Under the pieces are notes generated by a model. It was given only the letters and a program-made list of their open reading frames with translations. It was not told the DNA's origin and made no database searches. The position numbers and the translations under genes are program-made. Of a DNA stretch of 64,000 bases, positions 19,963 to 31,752 are shown in pieces. The number at the start of each line of letters is the position of its first letter. Within the stretch, counting starts at the first letter, position 1. The stretch comes from Terriglobia bacterium (lineage in GTDB: Bacteria > Acidobacteriota > Terriglobia > 20CM-2-55-15): positions 960,001 through 1,024,000 of the forward strand of contig CBDAOY010000007.1 of NCBI GenBank assembly GCA_965198225.1. The letters run 5' to 3'.

Positions 19963-20384
19963 CAACTTTCCAGCTTGGATCCGCACTCGGCGCAAAACCT
20001 GTTGACGACGACGTTCGCGTGGCCGCAGGTGGGACAGACATTCTGGTCCGTGACGATCTCTTTGCGTGAAGCCACTTCGCGCCGAATCAGGGCGTCCAGG
20101 TCCTGCGAAGTCTCGATGTTGTCGATCTCGCCCATGACAGCCGCTGCTTCCCCGGCCATTTCGCGACGCAGAGTCTTGTAGTCCTCTTCGGAAAGCTTGC
20201 CGCAGCTGTACTCGAAGTCGAGATCCTGGATGTTGCCGAGGATGACCTCTTTCTTGCGCTGAACCAGATCCCACTCGGTTTCGTCCAGTATCACCGACTC
20301 GAGGGAGTCGGACCTGGCAAACAACGGCCAGCAAACCGCCGTCAGGACGCCGCCGGCCAACAGCCCCGAGAGTATGTAGATCAT
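19962..20384 (-). CDS. CcmI N-terminal-like membrane protein with a C-terminal Zn ribbon
   Basis: TM helix, IQDLDFEYSCGKLSEEDY motif and CPTC..FCAECG. Confidence 0.75.
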   Translation of the reverse strand: MIYILSGLLAGGVLTAVCWPLFARSDSLESVILDETEWDLVQRKKEVILGNIQDLDFEYSCGKLSEEDYKTLRREMAGEAAAVMGEIDNIETSQDLDALIRREVASRKEIVTDQNVCPTCGHANVVVNRFCAECGSKLES

Positions 20385-20409
20385 GTTCCCTGGTCGATGA
20401 AACGGAGGA

Positions 20410-20869
20410 TTAGTCTTCAGGAGCGTAGCTGGACAGCTCCTCTTCGAGTCGTTCCTGGAAACTGCGGTCATCGACGCCGGCGGCAACGGCCGGTCGTTGG
20501 AAGCGATCGCGGAACCGGCGAACGTAGTATGCGACAAAGAAGAGCCCACCGATCAGTACGACGAAAGGCATCAACCAGGCCGAGATGTTGAAGGCGCCGG
20601 TTGTCGGTGGCGCTGCCAGGACCGTGAGCCCGTATTTTTCGACGAATCGTGCCAGGATGCTTTCTTCGTCCAGGCCTTCGTCGACGAGCCCGGCCAGTTC
20701 AGCCCGCATCGGCACGGAGTTGGAGCAGGCGATCATGTTGCATGCCCTGAGGATCTGGTTGCAGCCACAGGTACAGATCATCTGGCTCCCGATCTCGTCG
20801 ACCTTCTCTTCGTTGGACACCTGCGGAGCGGACGAAACGCCTCCGACCGCAAACGCGATGAGCGCCATG

Positions 20870-20892
<23 letters not shown>
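20410..20892 (-). CDS. ccmH: Cytochrome c biogenesis protein CcmH
   Basis: Signal peptide, ICTCGC..C, FVEKYG..VLAAP and WLMP followed by a TM helix. Confidence 0.88.
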
Positions 20893-22897
<2,005 letters not shown>

Positions 22898-22916
22898 TTA
22901 TTTCGTGTCCCGAGTT

Positions 22917-23336
22917 CTAGGTTGCGGGGAGGATCACTCCGGCCTCGGCCTCGCGTTCGTATTTCGACGCGCACTTGGCCTGGAGCTTGACGCCGGTGAA
23001 GACACCGCCGCCGGTGTAGGAGCCATCGACAACGGCTTCGGCGTAGTCGCGGAAGGTGTCGGGCAGGGGCGCCGTCCCCACGTAGCGCACCTTGAGGGTC
23101 TGGTCGCTCTCGGTGATGACGAAATCGACGGAATCATCTCCACGGACGATCGAGCCGGGAACCACTTCTCCCATCACTCTGAACCGCTTGCCTTCCAGGG
23201 AGTCTTCCATCGCGTAGAGTTCGGAAACGGTCTGGAAGTACGCCTTGTTGTCGTTGAACGCCGAGAACGCGATCCACGCAAGGGTCAGCACGATGACCAC
23301 CGGACCGATGACAAACTTAAGCTGCTTGCGCTTCAT
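22917..23336 (-). CDS. ccmE: Heme chaperone CcmE (CxxxY variant)
   Basis: N-terminal TM helix, LPDTF and AKCASKY. Confidence 0.92.
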   Translation of the reverse strand: MKRKQLKFVIGPVVIVLTLAWIAFSAFNDNKAYFQTVSELYAMEDSLEGKRFRVMGEVVPGSIVRGDDSVDFVITESDQTLKVRYVGTAPLPDTFRDYAEAVVDGSYTGGGVFTGVKLQAKCASKYEREAEAGVILPAT

Positions 23337-23509
23337 AGAGTTAGCCTCTCCTGATTCGATACTGGCATTATATCAACTTAGTTATTAGAATGCTGGCGAA
23401 TATATTTTATCCGAAAGGTCTGTATACAATCGAGGTATTTGGACACGAGGACGGCTTCGGACTGATCACAAAGAGCTTCTAATCAAATCAAAACGTGCCG
23501 GGAGGAGAC

Positions 23510-24652
23510 ATGGAGCAGAAGCAAGGCGTTTCGCGCCGCAGATTCATGGGTGGTGTGGCCACCGCACTGACCTACGCGGGAATGAAGCCCGCAATCGAAC
23601 TGGTGGCGGCGCCGGCACAAGCGCCGATGAGGCCATCCGGTTACGTCAAGATCAGCAACAACGAGAACCCATACGGCCCTTCGGATGGCGTCCGTCGCGC
23701 CATGACGAGGGCCTTTGAAGAGTCCCACATGTATGTGGGTTCGAGCAGGATTACTGAGGCGATTGCCGATCATCATGGCCTCGAAACCGACCACATCCTG
23801 CTCGGGGCGGGCTCGAGCGAAACGCTGAAGACGATCGACGATGCGTTCCTCCAGGGCGGTGGAAACATCGTCGGCGTGGAGCCGACTTATGAGACGACCT
23901 ACCGCTATCTCACCAACACTCATGCGGAAGGCAAGATTCTTCCGCTGACGTCGGACTACCGTCATGACCTGCCGGCCATGGCGAAAGAGATCGACTTCAA
24001 CACGCGGTTCGTCTACATCTGCAACCCGAACAACCCGACGGGGACGATCGTCACGGACGCCGAGATTCGGGAGTTTCTCGACAGCATTCCCGACAACATG
24101 ATCGTCGTGATCGACGAGGCCTACCATCACTTCGTCGAGGACCCGGGTTACGCGAGCGCCATCAAGTACGTCAAGGAAGGCCGGAACGTAGTCATCACAC
24201 GTACCTTCTCGAAGGTCTACGGCATTGCCGGGTTGCGCCTGGGTTATGGCATCGCGAAGCCGGAATTGATCCAACGTATGCGACCCTTCAACCTGGGAAG
24301 CATCAACGTCATCGCGAAGTCCGCCGGAATTCAGGCACTGAAGGAACCGGAGGTCGAGACCAGGGTCATTCAGCTGAACAACAGCATCAAGAAACGCGTG
24401 ATGGGCCAGCTGAGCGACCTGGGCTACGAAGTGATCCCGTCGGAGACCAACTTCTTCATGGTCGGTGTCGGACGCGACATCGATCCGGTACGGCGGGCCT
24501 TCCGGGAGCGCAACGTCGAAATCGGCCGGCGGTTCCCGCCGATGACCCAGCATCTCCGGATCTCGGTCGGCACCGAGGCCGAGATGGACCGCTTCATCGA
24601 CGTCTGGAACGAAGTCATGGGGCCCGCCAACTCTCAGGCGGCACGAGGCTAG
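23510..24652 (+). CDS. Class I/II PLP aminotransferase (HisC-like) with a Tat signal
   Basis: SRRRFMGG twin-arginine leader, NENPYGP, CNPNNPTG, DEAY and RTFSKVYGIAGLRLGY. Confidence 0.88.
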   Translation: MEQKQGVSRRRFMGGVATALTYAGMKPAIELVAAPAQAPMRPSGYVKISNNENPYGPSDGVRRAMTRAFEESHMYVGSSRITEAIADHHGLETDHILLGAGSSETLKTIDDAFLQGGGNIVGVEPTYETTYRYLTNTHAEGKILPLTSDYRHDLPAMAKEIDFNTRFVYICNPNNPTGTIVTDAEIREFLDSIPDNMIVVIDEAYHHFVEDPGYASAIKYVKEGRNVVITRTFSKVYGIAGLRLGYGIAKPELIQRMRPFNLGSINVIAKSAGIQALKEPEVETRVIQLNNSIKKRVMGQLSDLGYEVIPSETNFFMVGVGRDIDPVRRAFRERNVEIGRRFPPMTQHLRISVGTEAEMDRFIDVWNEVMGPANSQAARG

Positions 24653-24787
24653 AGACGAAGAAGTGACGAGTGAATAGTGACGAGTGACGAGTAAGAGCTC
24701 TGACTTGTCACTTGTCACTCGTCACTTGTCACACCTGTACCCCCCCCCTTCCTGAATCCCGCCACACTGCAGTACACTTTCCCTCCT

Positions 24788-25873
24788 ATGCGCAGATACG
24801 CGATGTTCGATCCGCCCGAGTACGCGGAGTGGAGACCCGATCGGAGAGTCACCGAAGAATACCGTCGGACCATCGAGACGGATCCCGGGCGATACGAAAT
24901 CATCAAGAGCCTGTCTGAAGACACGCTCATGGGGCTCTACGCCGGGATGTTGCGGTTTCGCCTTCATGACATCACGCTGAAGCGCTGGGTCAAACAGGGC
25001 GTGCTTTCCAAGGCATGGCTCGGAACAGGAGAGGAAGCGGTCACGGTTGGTAACGTGCATGCGCTGGACCGCACCTGCGATTTGGTGGCCCCGATGATCC
25101 GGAACGCCGGGGCCTGCCACGAGATGGGCATGCCGGTCGCTGACATGCTGCGCGAGTATCTGGCCACGGAAGACTCCCCGAGCAAGGGGAAGGACCTCCA
25201 TCTCGGAGATCTGAAGTACGGTGTGATCGCGCCCCCCAGCCAGGTGGGATCTCTGGGAGCCGTCGTCCCCGGCGTTGGGCTGGCCTTCAAGAGACGTGGC
25301 GAGGCTCGCGTCGTGCTCACCTGGATCGGCGACGGTGCGACCAAGACGACAGCGAGCCACGAGGGTGTGAACATGGCCGCCGTGTTGCGGGTACCGGTCC
25401 TCTACGTCTTCCAGAACAACCAGGTCGCTCTCGGCACCAGCTTCCGCGACCACCAGGTTGGCCCGTTCACAGCGTGGAGCAAGGCGTATGGGATCCGTGG
25501 TTTCTCCTGTGACGGCAACAACGTCCTGGACACTTTCGCGGCGACCCGGCAGGCAGCCGACCACGCCCGCGGCGGCTCCGGTCCGGCCATTATCTATGCC
25601 GATACTTTTCGGATGGGCGGGCACGCAACCCACGACGAAAAAGAAGCTCGATCAATGTTTGACTCGGACATATTTAATGAATGGGGTCAGAGAGATCCAA
25701 TAGGTAATTTCGAGGAATACTTGAAATCTATCGACATTTCCGACTCGGCCCTGGAGGAGACCGAGCAAGGAATCATCGACGAGCTGGCCGAGGCCGAGAA
25801 GCGGGCCCTGGAGAGCCGCGAGAATTGCATGCCCGCCCCGGAAAGCGCCTTGGAGGGGGTTTACGCGGAATAA
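24788..25873 (+). CDS. TPP-dependent 2-oxoacid dehydrogenase E1 alpha subunit
   Basis: GEEA, GDGA...NN TPP motif, DGNN and RMGGHATHD. Confidence 0.9.
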   Translation: MRRYAMFDPPEYAEWRPDRRVTEEYRRTIETDPGRYEIIKSLSEDTLMGLYAGMLRFRLHDITLKRWVKQGVLSKAWLGTGEEAVTVGNVHALDRTCDLVAPMIRNAGACHEMGMPVADMLREYLATEDSPSKGKDLHLGDLKYGVIAPPSQVGSLGAVVPGVGLAFKRRGEARVVLTWIGDGATKTTASHEGVNMAAVLRVPVLYVFQNNQVALGTSFRDHQVGPFTAWSKAYGIRGFSCDGNNVLDTFAATRQAADHARGGSGPAIIYADTFRMGGHATHDEKEARSMFDSDIFNEWGQRDPIGNFEEYLKSIDISDSALEETEQGIIDELAEAEKRALESRENCMPAPESALEGVYAE

Positions 25874-25936
25874 TTGACGGCTGATAGCCCGCTACCGCCC
25901 CTTGAAACTGGCTCTCTTTTGAACCTTTCCGCTTAG

Positions 25937-26000
25937 CCAACACGCGGGGACAGGGCCATGCCCCTCCACCTCACAGTGGCTCCCTCGCGAACCTTTCGCT
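25937..26000 (+). repeat. Dispersed GGGGACAGGG repeat, degenerate copy
   Basis: ACACGCGGGGACAGGGCCATGCCCCT..CTCACAGTGGCTC matches copies at 52.4 kb and 62.2-62.4 kb. Confidence 0.6.
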
Positions 26001-26028
26001 CCACGTACGGGCGTGGTAGAGTCCGGCC

Positions 26029-26979
26029 ATGCTGATCAAACCTCTTCTCTCTCTCGTGTGGATTGCGGCCGCTTTCCAGAACCCGGACCCTGCTCTGGAG
26101 GCACAGGCTGCAGAGTTACGCTCCATCATCAGTCAGGCGTCGAAACTGGCGCTCGAGGCGGGCGAAATTACGGCGGTTCCTCCCCGCCAGGGCTGGGAGA
26201 TGGGCATGGTGTCGTGGGTTGCGGCGGGCGACGACGATGTGACGTACCTCCTCCAGCGCGGCGAAAACGCAGATCCGGTCGTCGTTCTGGATCGGGACGG
26301 GAACGTCGTCCGATCCTGGGGCAAGGGCCTCTACTCTACACCGCACTCGATCCGAGTCGATCCGGAGGGCAACGTCTGGACAACCGATGCCAAGAGTTCC
26401 AAGGTCATCAAGTACAGTTCTCTGGGCGAGAAACTGATGGAGATCTCGGTCGGAGGCCAGCCTCCGGATTGCCGGGGAAACTTCTGTGGCACAAGTGACG
26501 TCGCCTTCGGGCCGGACGGACGCATCTTCATCGCCGACGGTTACCGCAACGCGAGGATACTGGAATACACGGCTGAGGGAAGAAAAGTTCGCGAATGGGG
26601 GAGTGCCGGAGATGGTCCCGGAGAGTTCCGTTTACCGCATTCGATTGCCGTCGACGATGAGGGCGTCATCTACGTTGCCGACCGCGAAAACGGCCGCATC
26701 CAGCGCTTCGACCTCGACGGGGATTTTCTTGGGATGTGGACCCAATACGGCAAGACCTTCGGACTGCACCTGGAGCCGGGAGTCGTCTGGCTGGCGACGC
26801 AGCACCGCAACGAACGGAACGCTTCGCCGGGCTGGCTGTTGAAGATCGATCGTCGGAGTGGGGACCTGCTCGGGTACGTGAGCGTAACCGGTGTGCACGG
26901 CATGACCGTCCTCGACAACGGCGAGTTGATGGTCGGACCAGGTCCGGAGAATCGCCCGCAGTGGTTCAGGAAGAACTAA
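26029..26979 (+). CDS. Secreted NHL-repeat protein (peptidyl-alpha-hydroxyglycine lyase-like)
   Basis: PHSIRVDPEGNVW, ADGYRNARI and PHSIAVD..YVADRENGRIQ motifs. Confidence 0.85.
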   Translation: MLIKPLLSLVWIAAAFQNPDPALEAQAAELRSIISQASKLALEAGEITAVPPRQGWEMGMVSWVAAGDDDVTYLLQRGENADPVVVLDRDGNVVRSWGKGLYSTPHSIRVDPEGNVWTTDAKSSKVIKYSSLGEKLMEISVGGQPPDCRGNFCGTSDVAFGPDGRIFIADGYRNARILEYTAEGRKVREWGSAGDGPGEFRLPHSIAVDDEGVIYVADRENGRIQRFDLDGDFLGMWTQYGKTFGLHLEPGVVWLATQHRNERNASPGWLLKIDRRSGDLLGYVSVTGVHGMTVLDNGELMVGPGPENRPQWFRKN

Positions 26980-26983
26980 TAAC

Positions 26984-27052
26984 TGTAGGTGCGGTCTATG
27001 ACCGCACATTGTTGCTGATGATGAAAACGTGCGGTCATAGACCGCACCTACA
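26984..27052. repeat. GTAG-type REP doublet between convergent genes
   Basis: TGTAGGTGCGGTCTATGACCGCAC ... GTGCGGTCATAGACCGCACCTACA. Confidence 0.88.
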
Positions 27053-27449
27053 CCGGCTTGTTCCTCGCCGTCAGGACCACAAAGAAAATTGCTGTCGACA
27101 GGGCAGCAGACCCGAGACAGTACTCGCAGTAGGCTTCCAGGACGAACATCTGGATCCCCGTTAGAGCGACCGAAGCGATGAGTGCGATGGTCGCCGGCCA
27201 GATGAGGAGGTGAATGGTGCGGGTATTTCCCGACGCCTCGAACACCGCTGCTCCGAAAACGACCACGTAGAACGCCAGGCCGAGCCACGAAAGCGGTATC
27301 CCTGCCACTTCGGAGTACGCGCTGGTCAGGACGTCCTCGCATCCGAGAGTGATGTGGCAGGGGGGCGGTCCCGATGGCCGCGACAGCGACAGATAAAGCG
27401 TGTCTATCATTCCCAGAAAAGAGAGGAGAGCGACACCGAGGGCTTTCAT
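27048..27449 (-). CDS. Vitamin K epoxide reductase (VKOR) family protein
   Basis: C...GCEDVLTSAYS, GIPLSWLG and YCEYC redox motifs; four TM helices. Confidence 0.92.
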   Translation of the reverse strand: MKALGVALLSFLGMIDTLYLSLSRPSGPPPCHITLGCEDVLTSAYSEVAGIPLSWLGLAFYVVVFGAAVFEASGNTRTIHLLIWPATIALIASVALTGIQMFVLEAYCEYCLGSAALSTAIFFVVLTARNKPV

Positions 27450-28135
27450 CAGCGATTTTCTATCGCTCGGTAGAGCAGCCGCTCGAACCCCTCGACCCCG
27501 GGCGGAAGGTCGATCGGGAACCCATCGACGAAGAAAGAGGGTACCGAGGCGATCGCGAGTTCCCGGGCTCGAGCCACATCTTCGAGTACCCGCGATTCCA
27601 CCGACGTGTCGCGCATCGATCGCATAAAGCGGTCCTGGTTCAGATCCAGGCCGGCGGCGTAGCTCACGAAGAGGGCTTCGGGATTGGGGGACCGGGCCCA
27701 GGTGTCCTGGTTTTCGAACAACAGGTCGTGCATCTCCCAGAAACGGCCCTGTTCACGCGCGGCTTCGGCCGCGACGGCCGCTGCCATCGCGTTGGGGTGG
27801 ATGCCCACGAGGGGGAAGTGGTGGAATTCCAGCTGGACCTCGGACGGGTACCGCTCGAACAGTTCCATGACGATCTCGTGGTAGGCCCTGCAGGCCGGAC
27901 ACTGATAGTCGCCGAACTCGACCAGCTTCAAGGCGGCGTCCTCGGCCCCGCGAATTCCGCCCGTCGCGGGAATGGCGACTGGAGCGTCCGCCCCAACCGC
28001 AGAGGCCTGTTCTTCGCCGGCCCCGCGAGACAGAAAAACGGCAATCGCCAGGGCCGCGCCGATGCCCAGGACCAGGATTGCGAACGGTTTCGTGGACGGT
28101 TTCTTGGTGGTCTTGGTCCGTGATTTCTTCGCCAT
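27449..28135 (-). CDS. Membrane-anchored DsbA-family thioredoxin
   Basis: EFGDYQCPAC, HFPL and VPSFF (cis-Pro loop); adjacent to the VKOR gene. Confidence 0.92.
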   Translation of the reverse strand: MAKKSRTKTTKKPSTKPFAILVLGIGAALAIAVFLSRGAGEEQASAVGADAPVAIPATGGIRGAEDAALKLVEFGDYQCPACRAYHEIVMELFERYPSEVQLEFHHFPLVGIHPNAMAAAVAAEAAREQGRFWEMHDLLFENQDTWARSPNPEALFVSYAAGLDLNQDRFMRSMRDTSVESRVLEDVARARELAIASVPSFFVDGFPIDLPPGVEGFERLLYRAIENR

Positions 28136-28476
28136 GGCCCTAATACTACCCAAAGATACTTGAAATTTGCAGAAGCAATCAGCCTTCAGCGTTCACCTTC
28201 TTAAGAAGACCCTCGGCGTTCGATTCCTGTCTGAAAGCTGACCGCTGATCGCTGGCCGCACGCTTGATGCCCGCAATCTCAGAGCAAACCCTCAGACCTG
28301 GGGATCAAGCGTTTGGCACCCTTCGATTCGCTGCGTTACCGTTTCTGAAGCCCGAACCTGCCAGGCCCCGGAGGCGGCTGTCCAGTGCCACTGGTGCCCG
28401 AGCGGGCCGGATTCGTTCCCGGACTGGTGTCTGAGCAACTTCCAGGTCAAAAAATACATCAAAGTGTAAAAAACCC

Positions 28477-28505
28477 TTGCAATAAGGGTGTCACAGGTTA
28501 AGAAT
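28477..28505 (+). promoter_or_regulatory. Putative sigma70 promoter with an A-tract UP element
   Basis: TGTAAAAAA upstream; TTGCAA-17 nt-AAGAAT. Confidence 0.5.
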
Positions 28506-28511
28506 GCCTAT

Positions 28512-28710
28512 GGTCTCGAATCGAGACTGAATTTCTTCTAGTGAGTAAAAGGCTACTCCAGCCAGGGACGGTAGTCGGCTGCATCGGGTGCCAGGAGGCT
28601 GAGGCGGGACGGATCCCGGGCGAAACGGATTTCGCGATCAGAGCCACGACGTAGACGGTGAAGGCTAGAGGAAAAGCCTCACGGCGTAGGAAGCGCCGTG
28701 AGGCTTTTTT
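28512..28710 (+). ncRNA. Candidate sRNA of about 200 nt with multiple GGA-loop hairpins (CsrB/RsmZ-like)
   Basis: Bounded by a promoter and terminator, no convincing ORF; hairpins GCC-AGGA-GGC, GGGA-CGGA-TCCC, CGAAA-CGGA-TTTCG and others. Confidence 0.6.
28672..28710 (+). terminator. Rho-independent terminator
   Basis: AAAAGCCTCACGGCG-TAGGAAG-CGCCGTGAGGCTTTTTT. Confidence 0.9.
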
Positions 28711-28950
28711 AATGCAGTATTCGGTAGTCAGTAGTCAGCTACGTTCCGGCATCGCGAGGATGCCCCAACTGCTGGGTTCGGTATCCGTACAGTCACTCAA
28801 CTTGCAGCCGAAGCCTGACCACAAACAACTTTCGTCAATGCGATATAGTAGTCAGCAGTCGGTTTGTGCGCGACCGGCTACTGATTGCCTGCCAAGAAAC
28901 AGTAGCTTGCCCGCAATTCCAGCACGCAACTGACTACCGAATACTTCCCC

Positions 28951-29349
28951 ATGGCATACACTGATGAACACGCAAAATCGGGGATCGATACAGACCTTCC
29001 GGAGATCGAGTGCTGGCCGAATCAGTTTCCGGGCTACGACATCAGTATCTCCATTCCCGAGTTCACCTCGATCTGCCCTAAGACCGGGCTCCCGGATTTC
29101 GGGCTGATCACAATCGAATACGAGCCGGACGCGCGATGTCTCGAGCTGAAGTCATTGAAGACCTACGTGCTGGCCTACCGGGACCTCGGTATCTTCTACG
29201 AGAACGCGGTGAATCGAATGCTGAGGGACATCGTCAGGGCCTGCTCGCCGGTTCGAGCGAAGGTGAGGGGGGATTTCAACGCCCGGGGCGGGATGCGGGC
29301 CGTCGTGGAGGTCCGGTACGATCGTGCCGGCGGTGGTTCGGACAATTGA
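28951..29349 (+). CDS. queF: PreQ1 synthase (7-cyano-7-deazaguanine reductase)
   Basis: PEFTSICPKTGLPDF, ELKSLK and FNARGG motifs. Confidence 0.95.
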   Translation: MAYTDEHAKSGIDTDLPEIECWPNQFPGYDISISIPEFTSICPKTGLPDFGLITIEYEPDARCLELKSLKTYVLAYRDLGIFYENAVNRMLRDIVRACSPVRAKVRGDFNARGGMRAVVEVRYDRAGGGSDN

Positions 29350-29355
29350 CTCCAC

Positions 29356-29874
29356 TCAGGAAGGCCGCCGGCCGCGTTGACTTTTCTTTTTCCTGTCGTC
29401 GCGGTAGATGATCCACTCTTCCTCCAGATCTGCGACCTCTCGTTCACCCAGCAGGTAGTCCCAGAAGAAACTCATGAAGTCAGCCCGGGACCCGCCGTCG
29501 GCGAGAATCTCTTTGAGTTCGTCGTCGGTCCGACCGAACACCTGTGCCGCCGCGTCCATCTTGAGGTACAAGTTCTCGATGTCGAGTTCGGCGCGGACCA
29601 TCTCATCGCCCAGGCCCTGGTAAAGGCGTCCCTCGAGCCGCCTCATGAACCGGCGGAGCACAGTGGCGTTCGCCACCGAGTCGAACTGCGCGCGCTTCAT
29701 CCACTCGATGTTGAGAGGATCGCGGTTTCTGTGATTGATGGCGGGCCACAGGCGGTCCCAGTCAAGGTCGAGCAGACCGACAGGATTGCCGTCGACTTCG
29801 ACGACCACCTGGACTTTAGAAGGCCGTGATTTCTTCGATGGCGTTCGCTTCGATGTCCTCTGCTTTTGAGCCAT
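29356..29874 (-). CDS. Hypothetical protein
   Basis: 172-aa ORF 6 nt downstream of transketolase on the same strand; no family recognised. Confidence 0.7.
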   Translation of the reverse strand: MAQKQRTSKRTPSKKSRPSKVQVVVEVDGNPVGLLDLDWDRLWPAINHRNRDPLNIEWMKRAQFDSVANATVLRRFMRRLEGRLYQGLGDEMVRAELDIENLYLKMDAAAQVFGRTDDELKEILADGGSRADFMSFFWDYLLGEREVADLEEEWIIYRDDRKKKSQRGRRPS

Positions 29875-29880
29875 CTTGCC

Positions 29881-31752
29881 TCAGACAAGTTTTCCGACGA
29901 GTTCGACGATACTCGCCGCGCTGATCCCGAACGCGTCGATGAGTTCGTCCGGCGTTCCGGACCTGGGAACTCCCCGAACCGCCAGCTTGTGGACTTCGGC
30001 CCTGGTACCGACCGCGTTGAGTACCGCGTCGCCAAGGCCTCCATCCCAGTAGTGATCCTCGACGACGACCAACCGGCCCCCTGTTTCCGCGGCTGCACGG
30101 ATCAGGCCCTCGGCATCGATGGGCTTGACCGAGTATGCGTCGATGACCCGGATGGAGCAGCCTCGCTCCTTCAGGATGTCGTGTGCCTTCAAGCCTTCGT
30201 GGAGCGTGATCCCGGCGCCGACCACCGTGATGTTGTCATCATCGGACTGTCTAAGAGTCTTCGAGCCGCCGATGTCAAAGACCTCGTCGGAGTCATAGAT
30301 GACCGGTGCTTTCGGGCGGGTCGTGCGCAGATAGGAAATACCATCTTGATCCGCCAGTCTTGAGACCAGGCGTTCAGTCGAAACCGCGTCGCTCGGATAC
30401 AGCACCACCGAGTCGGGAATGGCGCGAAACATCGCTATGTCTTCCAAGCCCATCTGGGACGGTCCGTCCTGTCCTATCGAGACGCCGCAGTGGGAACCGA
30501 CGAAGCGGATGTTCGCCCGGGAAATACGGGCCATCCGGATCTGGTCGAAACTTCTGGTCAGAAAAGCTGCGAACGTCGAAACAAACGGGATCTTGCCGCA
30601 GGCGGACATGCCTGCAGCCACACCGACCATGTTCTGTTCCGCGATGAACATCTCGAAGAACTGATCGGCGTGATCGGCGAGGAGTTTCTGGGAGAATGTC
30701 GAGTTCTTCGTGTCGCCGTCGAGCGCAACGACACGCGGATCCTTGTCGGCCAGCTTGACCAGGGCGTCACCGTAGGCCTCCCGCGTCGCGGCCTGATCTC
30801 CGCGGTTGCGGGTGACGTCGATGCGGTGTTCGACGTGGGCGGCTTCGATCGGAATGCTCGGTCGCGGAGACGGTTTGTAGCCGTCTGAGCCGAGCGGGGT
30901 CGACAACTCCCGGAGTGCCGAGCTGAGTTCGGTCTTCGGTACGGGCTTGCCGTGCCAGCCGTCCTTGTCTTCAAGAAGCGATACGCCTTTGCCCTTGAAT
31001 GTGCGGGCGACGATCGCGCGGGGCCGATCGCCTCCCTCGGCCCGACACTTCTCGAACGCGCCGGTGATCGCCTCGTAGTCGTGCCCGTCGATCGCGAGGG
31101 CGTACCATCCGAAAGCCCGGAATCGCTCTGCGTAACGGTCGACGTCGAAGCCGTACATCGTTCGCTGGCTCTGGCCCATGCCGTTGACATCGACGATGGC
31201 ATAGAGGTTCTTCGTCTCGTAGAAACTCGCCAGCGCGGCCGCTTCCCACACCGAGCCCTCGGCGCACTCACCGTCTCCCAGCAGCACGTAAGTATCGTAG
31301 GGCGCGTCGTCCATGCGCGCGGCCAGCGCGAGGCCCAGCCCGGCCGACAGCCCCTGGCCCAGAGATCCCGTTGCCACGTCGACCCACGGGATTCGCGGGG
31401 TCGGGTGGCCCTCGAGGTCGCTGTCAAACTTGCGAAGGCTCAGCGTCGCGTTCTCATCCACAATTCCGGCTTCGGCGTACGCCGCGTACAAGAGCGGTGC
31501 CGCGTGGCCTTTCGACAACACGAACCGGTCGTTCGAAGGGTTGTTCGGCTCCTGCGGGTCGTAATGCATCTGCCGGAAGAATATGACCGAGGCCAGGTCT
31601 GCGGCCGACAGGCATGATGAAGGGTGTCCAGAGCCGGCCTCGGTCGTGGCCTTGATGGAGAGGACGCGCATTCGGCGCGCCTTTTCTTTGAGGACTTCGA
31701 TGGGCGTGTCCATGATTTCGAACGCTGTTCCTTTTCGAACGGTTGACGACAT
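29881..31752 (-). CDS. tkt: Transketolase
   Basis: SGHPSSCLS, LSKGHAAP, TGSLGQG, GDGE TPP motif, IAEQNMV and DGPSQ. Confidence 0.95.
   Translation of the reverse strand: MSSTVRKGTAFEIMDTPIEVLKEKARRMRVLSIKATTEAGSGHPSSCLSAADLASVIFFRQMHYDPQEPNNPSNDRFVLSKGHAAPLLYAAYAEAGIVDENATLSLRKFDSDLEGHPTPRIPWVDVATGSLGQGLSAGLGLALAARMDDAPYDTYVLLGDGECAEGSVWEAAALASFYETKNLYAIVDVNGMGQSQRTMYGFDVDRYAERFRAFGWYALAIDGHDYEAITGAFEKCRAEGGDRPRAIVARTFKGKGVSLLEDKDGWHGKPVPKTELSSALRELSTPLGSDGYKPSPRPSIPIEAAHVEHRIDVTRNRGDQAATREAYGDALVKLADKDPRVVALDGDTKNSTFSQKLLADHADQFFEMFIAEQNMVGVAAGMSACGKIPFVSTFAAFLTRSFDQIRMARISRANIRFVGSHCGVSIGQDGPSQMGLEDIAMFRAIPDSVVLYPSDAVSTERLVSRLADQDGISYLRTTRPKAPVIYDSDEVFDIGGSKTLRQSDDDNITVVGAGITLHEGLKAHDILKERGCSIRVIDAYSVKPIDAEGLIRAAAETGGRLVVVEDHYWDGGLGDAVLNAVGTRAEVHKLAVRGVPRSGTPDELIDAFGISAASIVELVGKLV

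Noticed and set aside
28512-28950. PreQ1 riboswitch, 6S RNA, SRP RNA or tmRNA upstream of queF
   Set aside because: I could not see the preQ1 hairpin with A-rich tail, the end-to-end rod of 6S, the SRP loop or tRNA-like ends. An Rfam scan is needed to exclude these formally.
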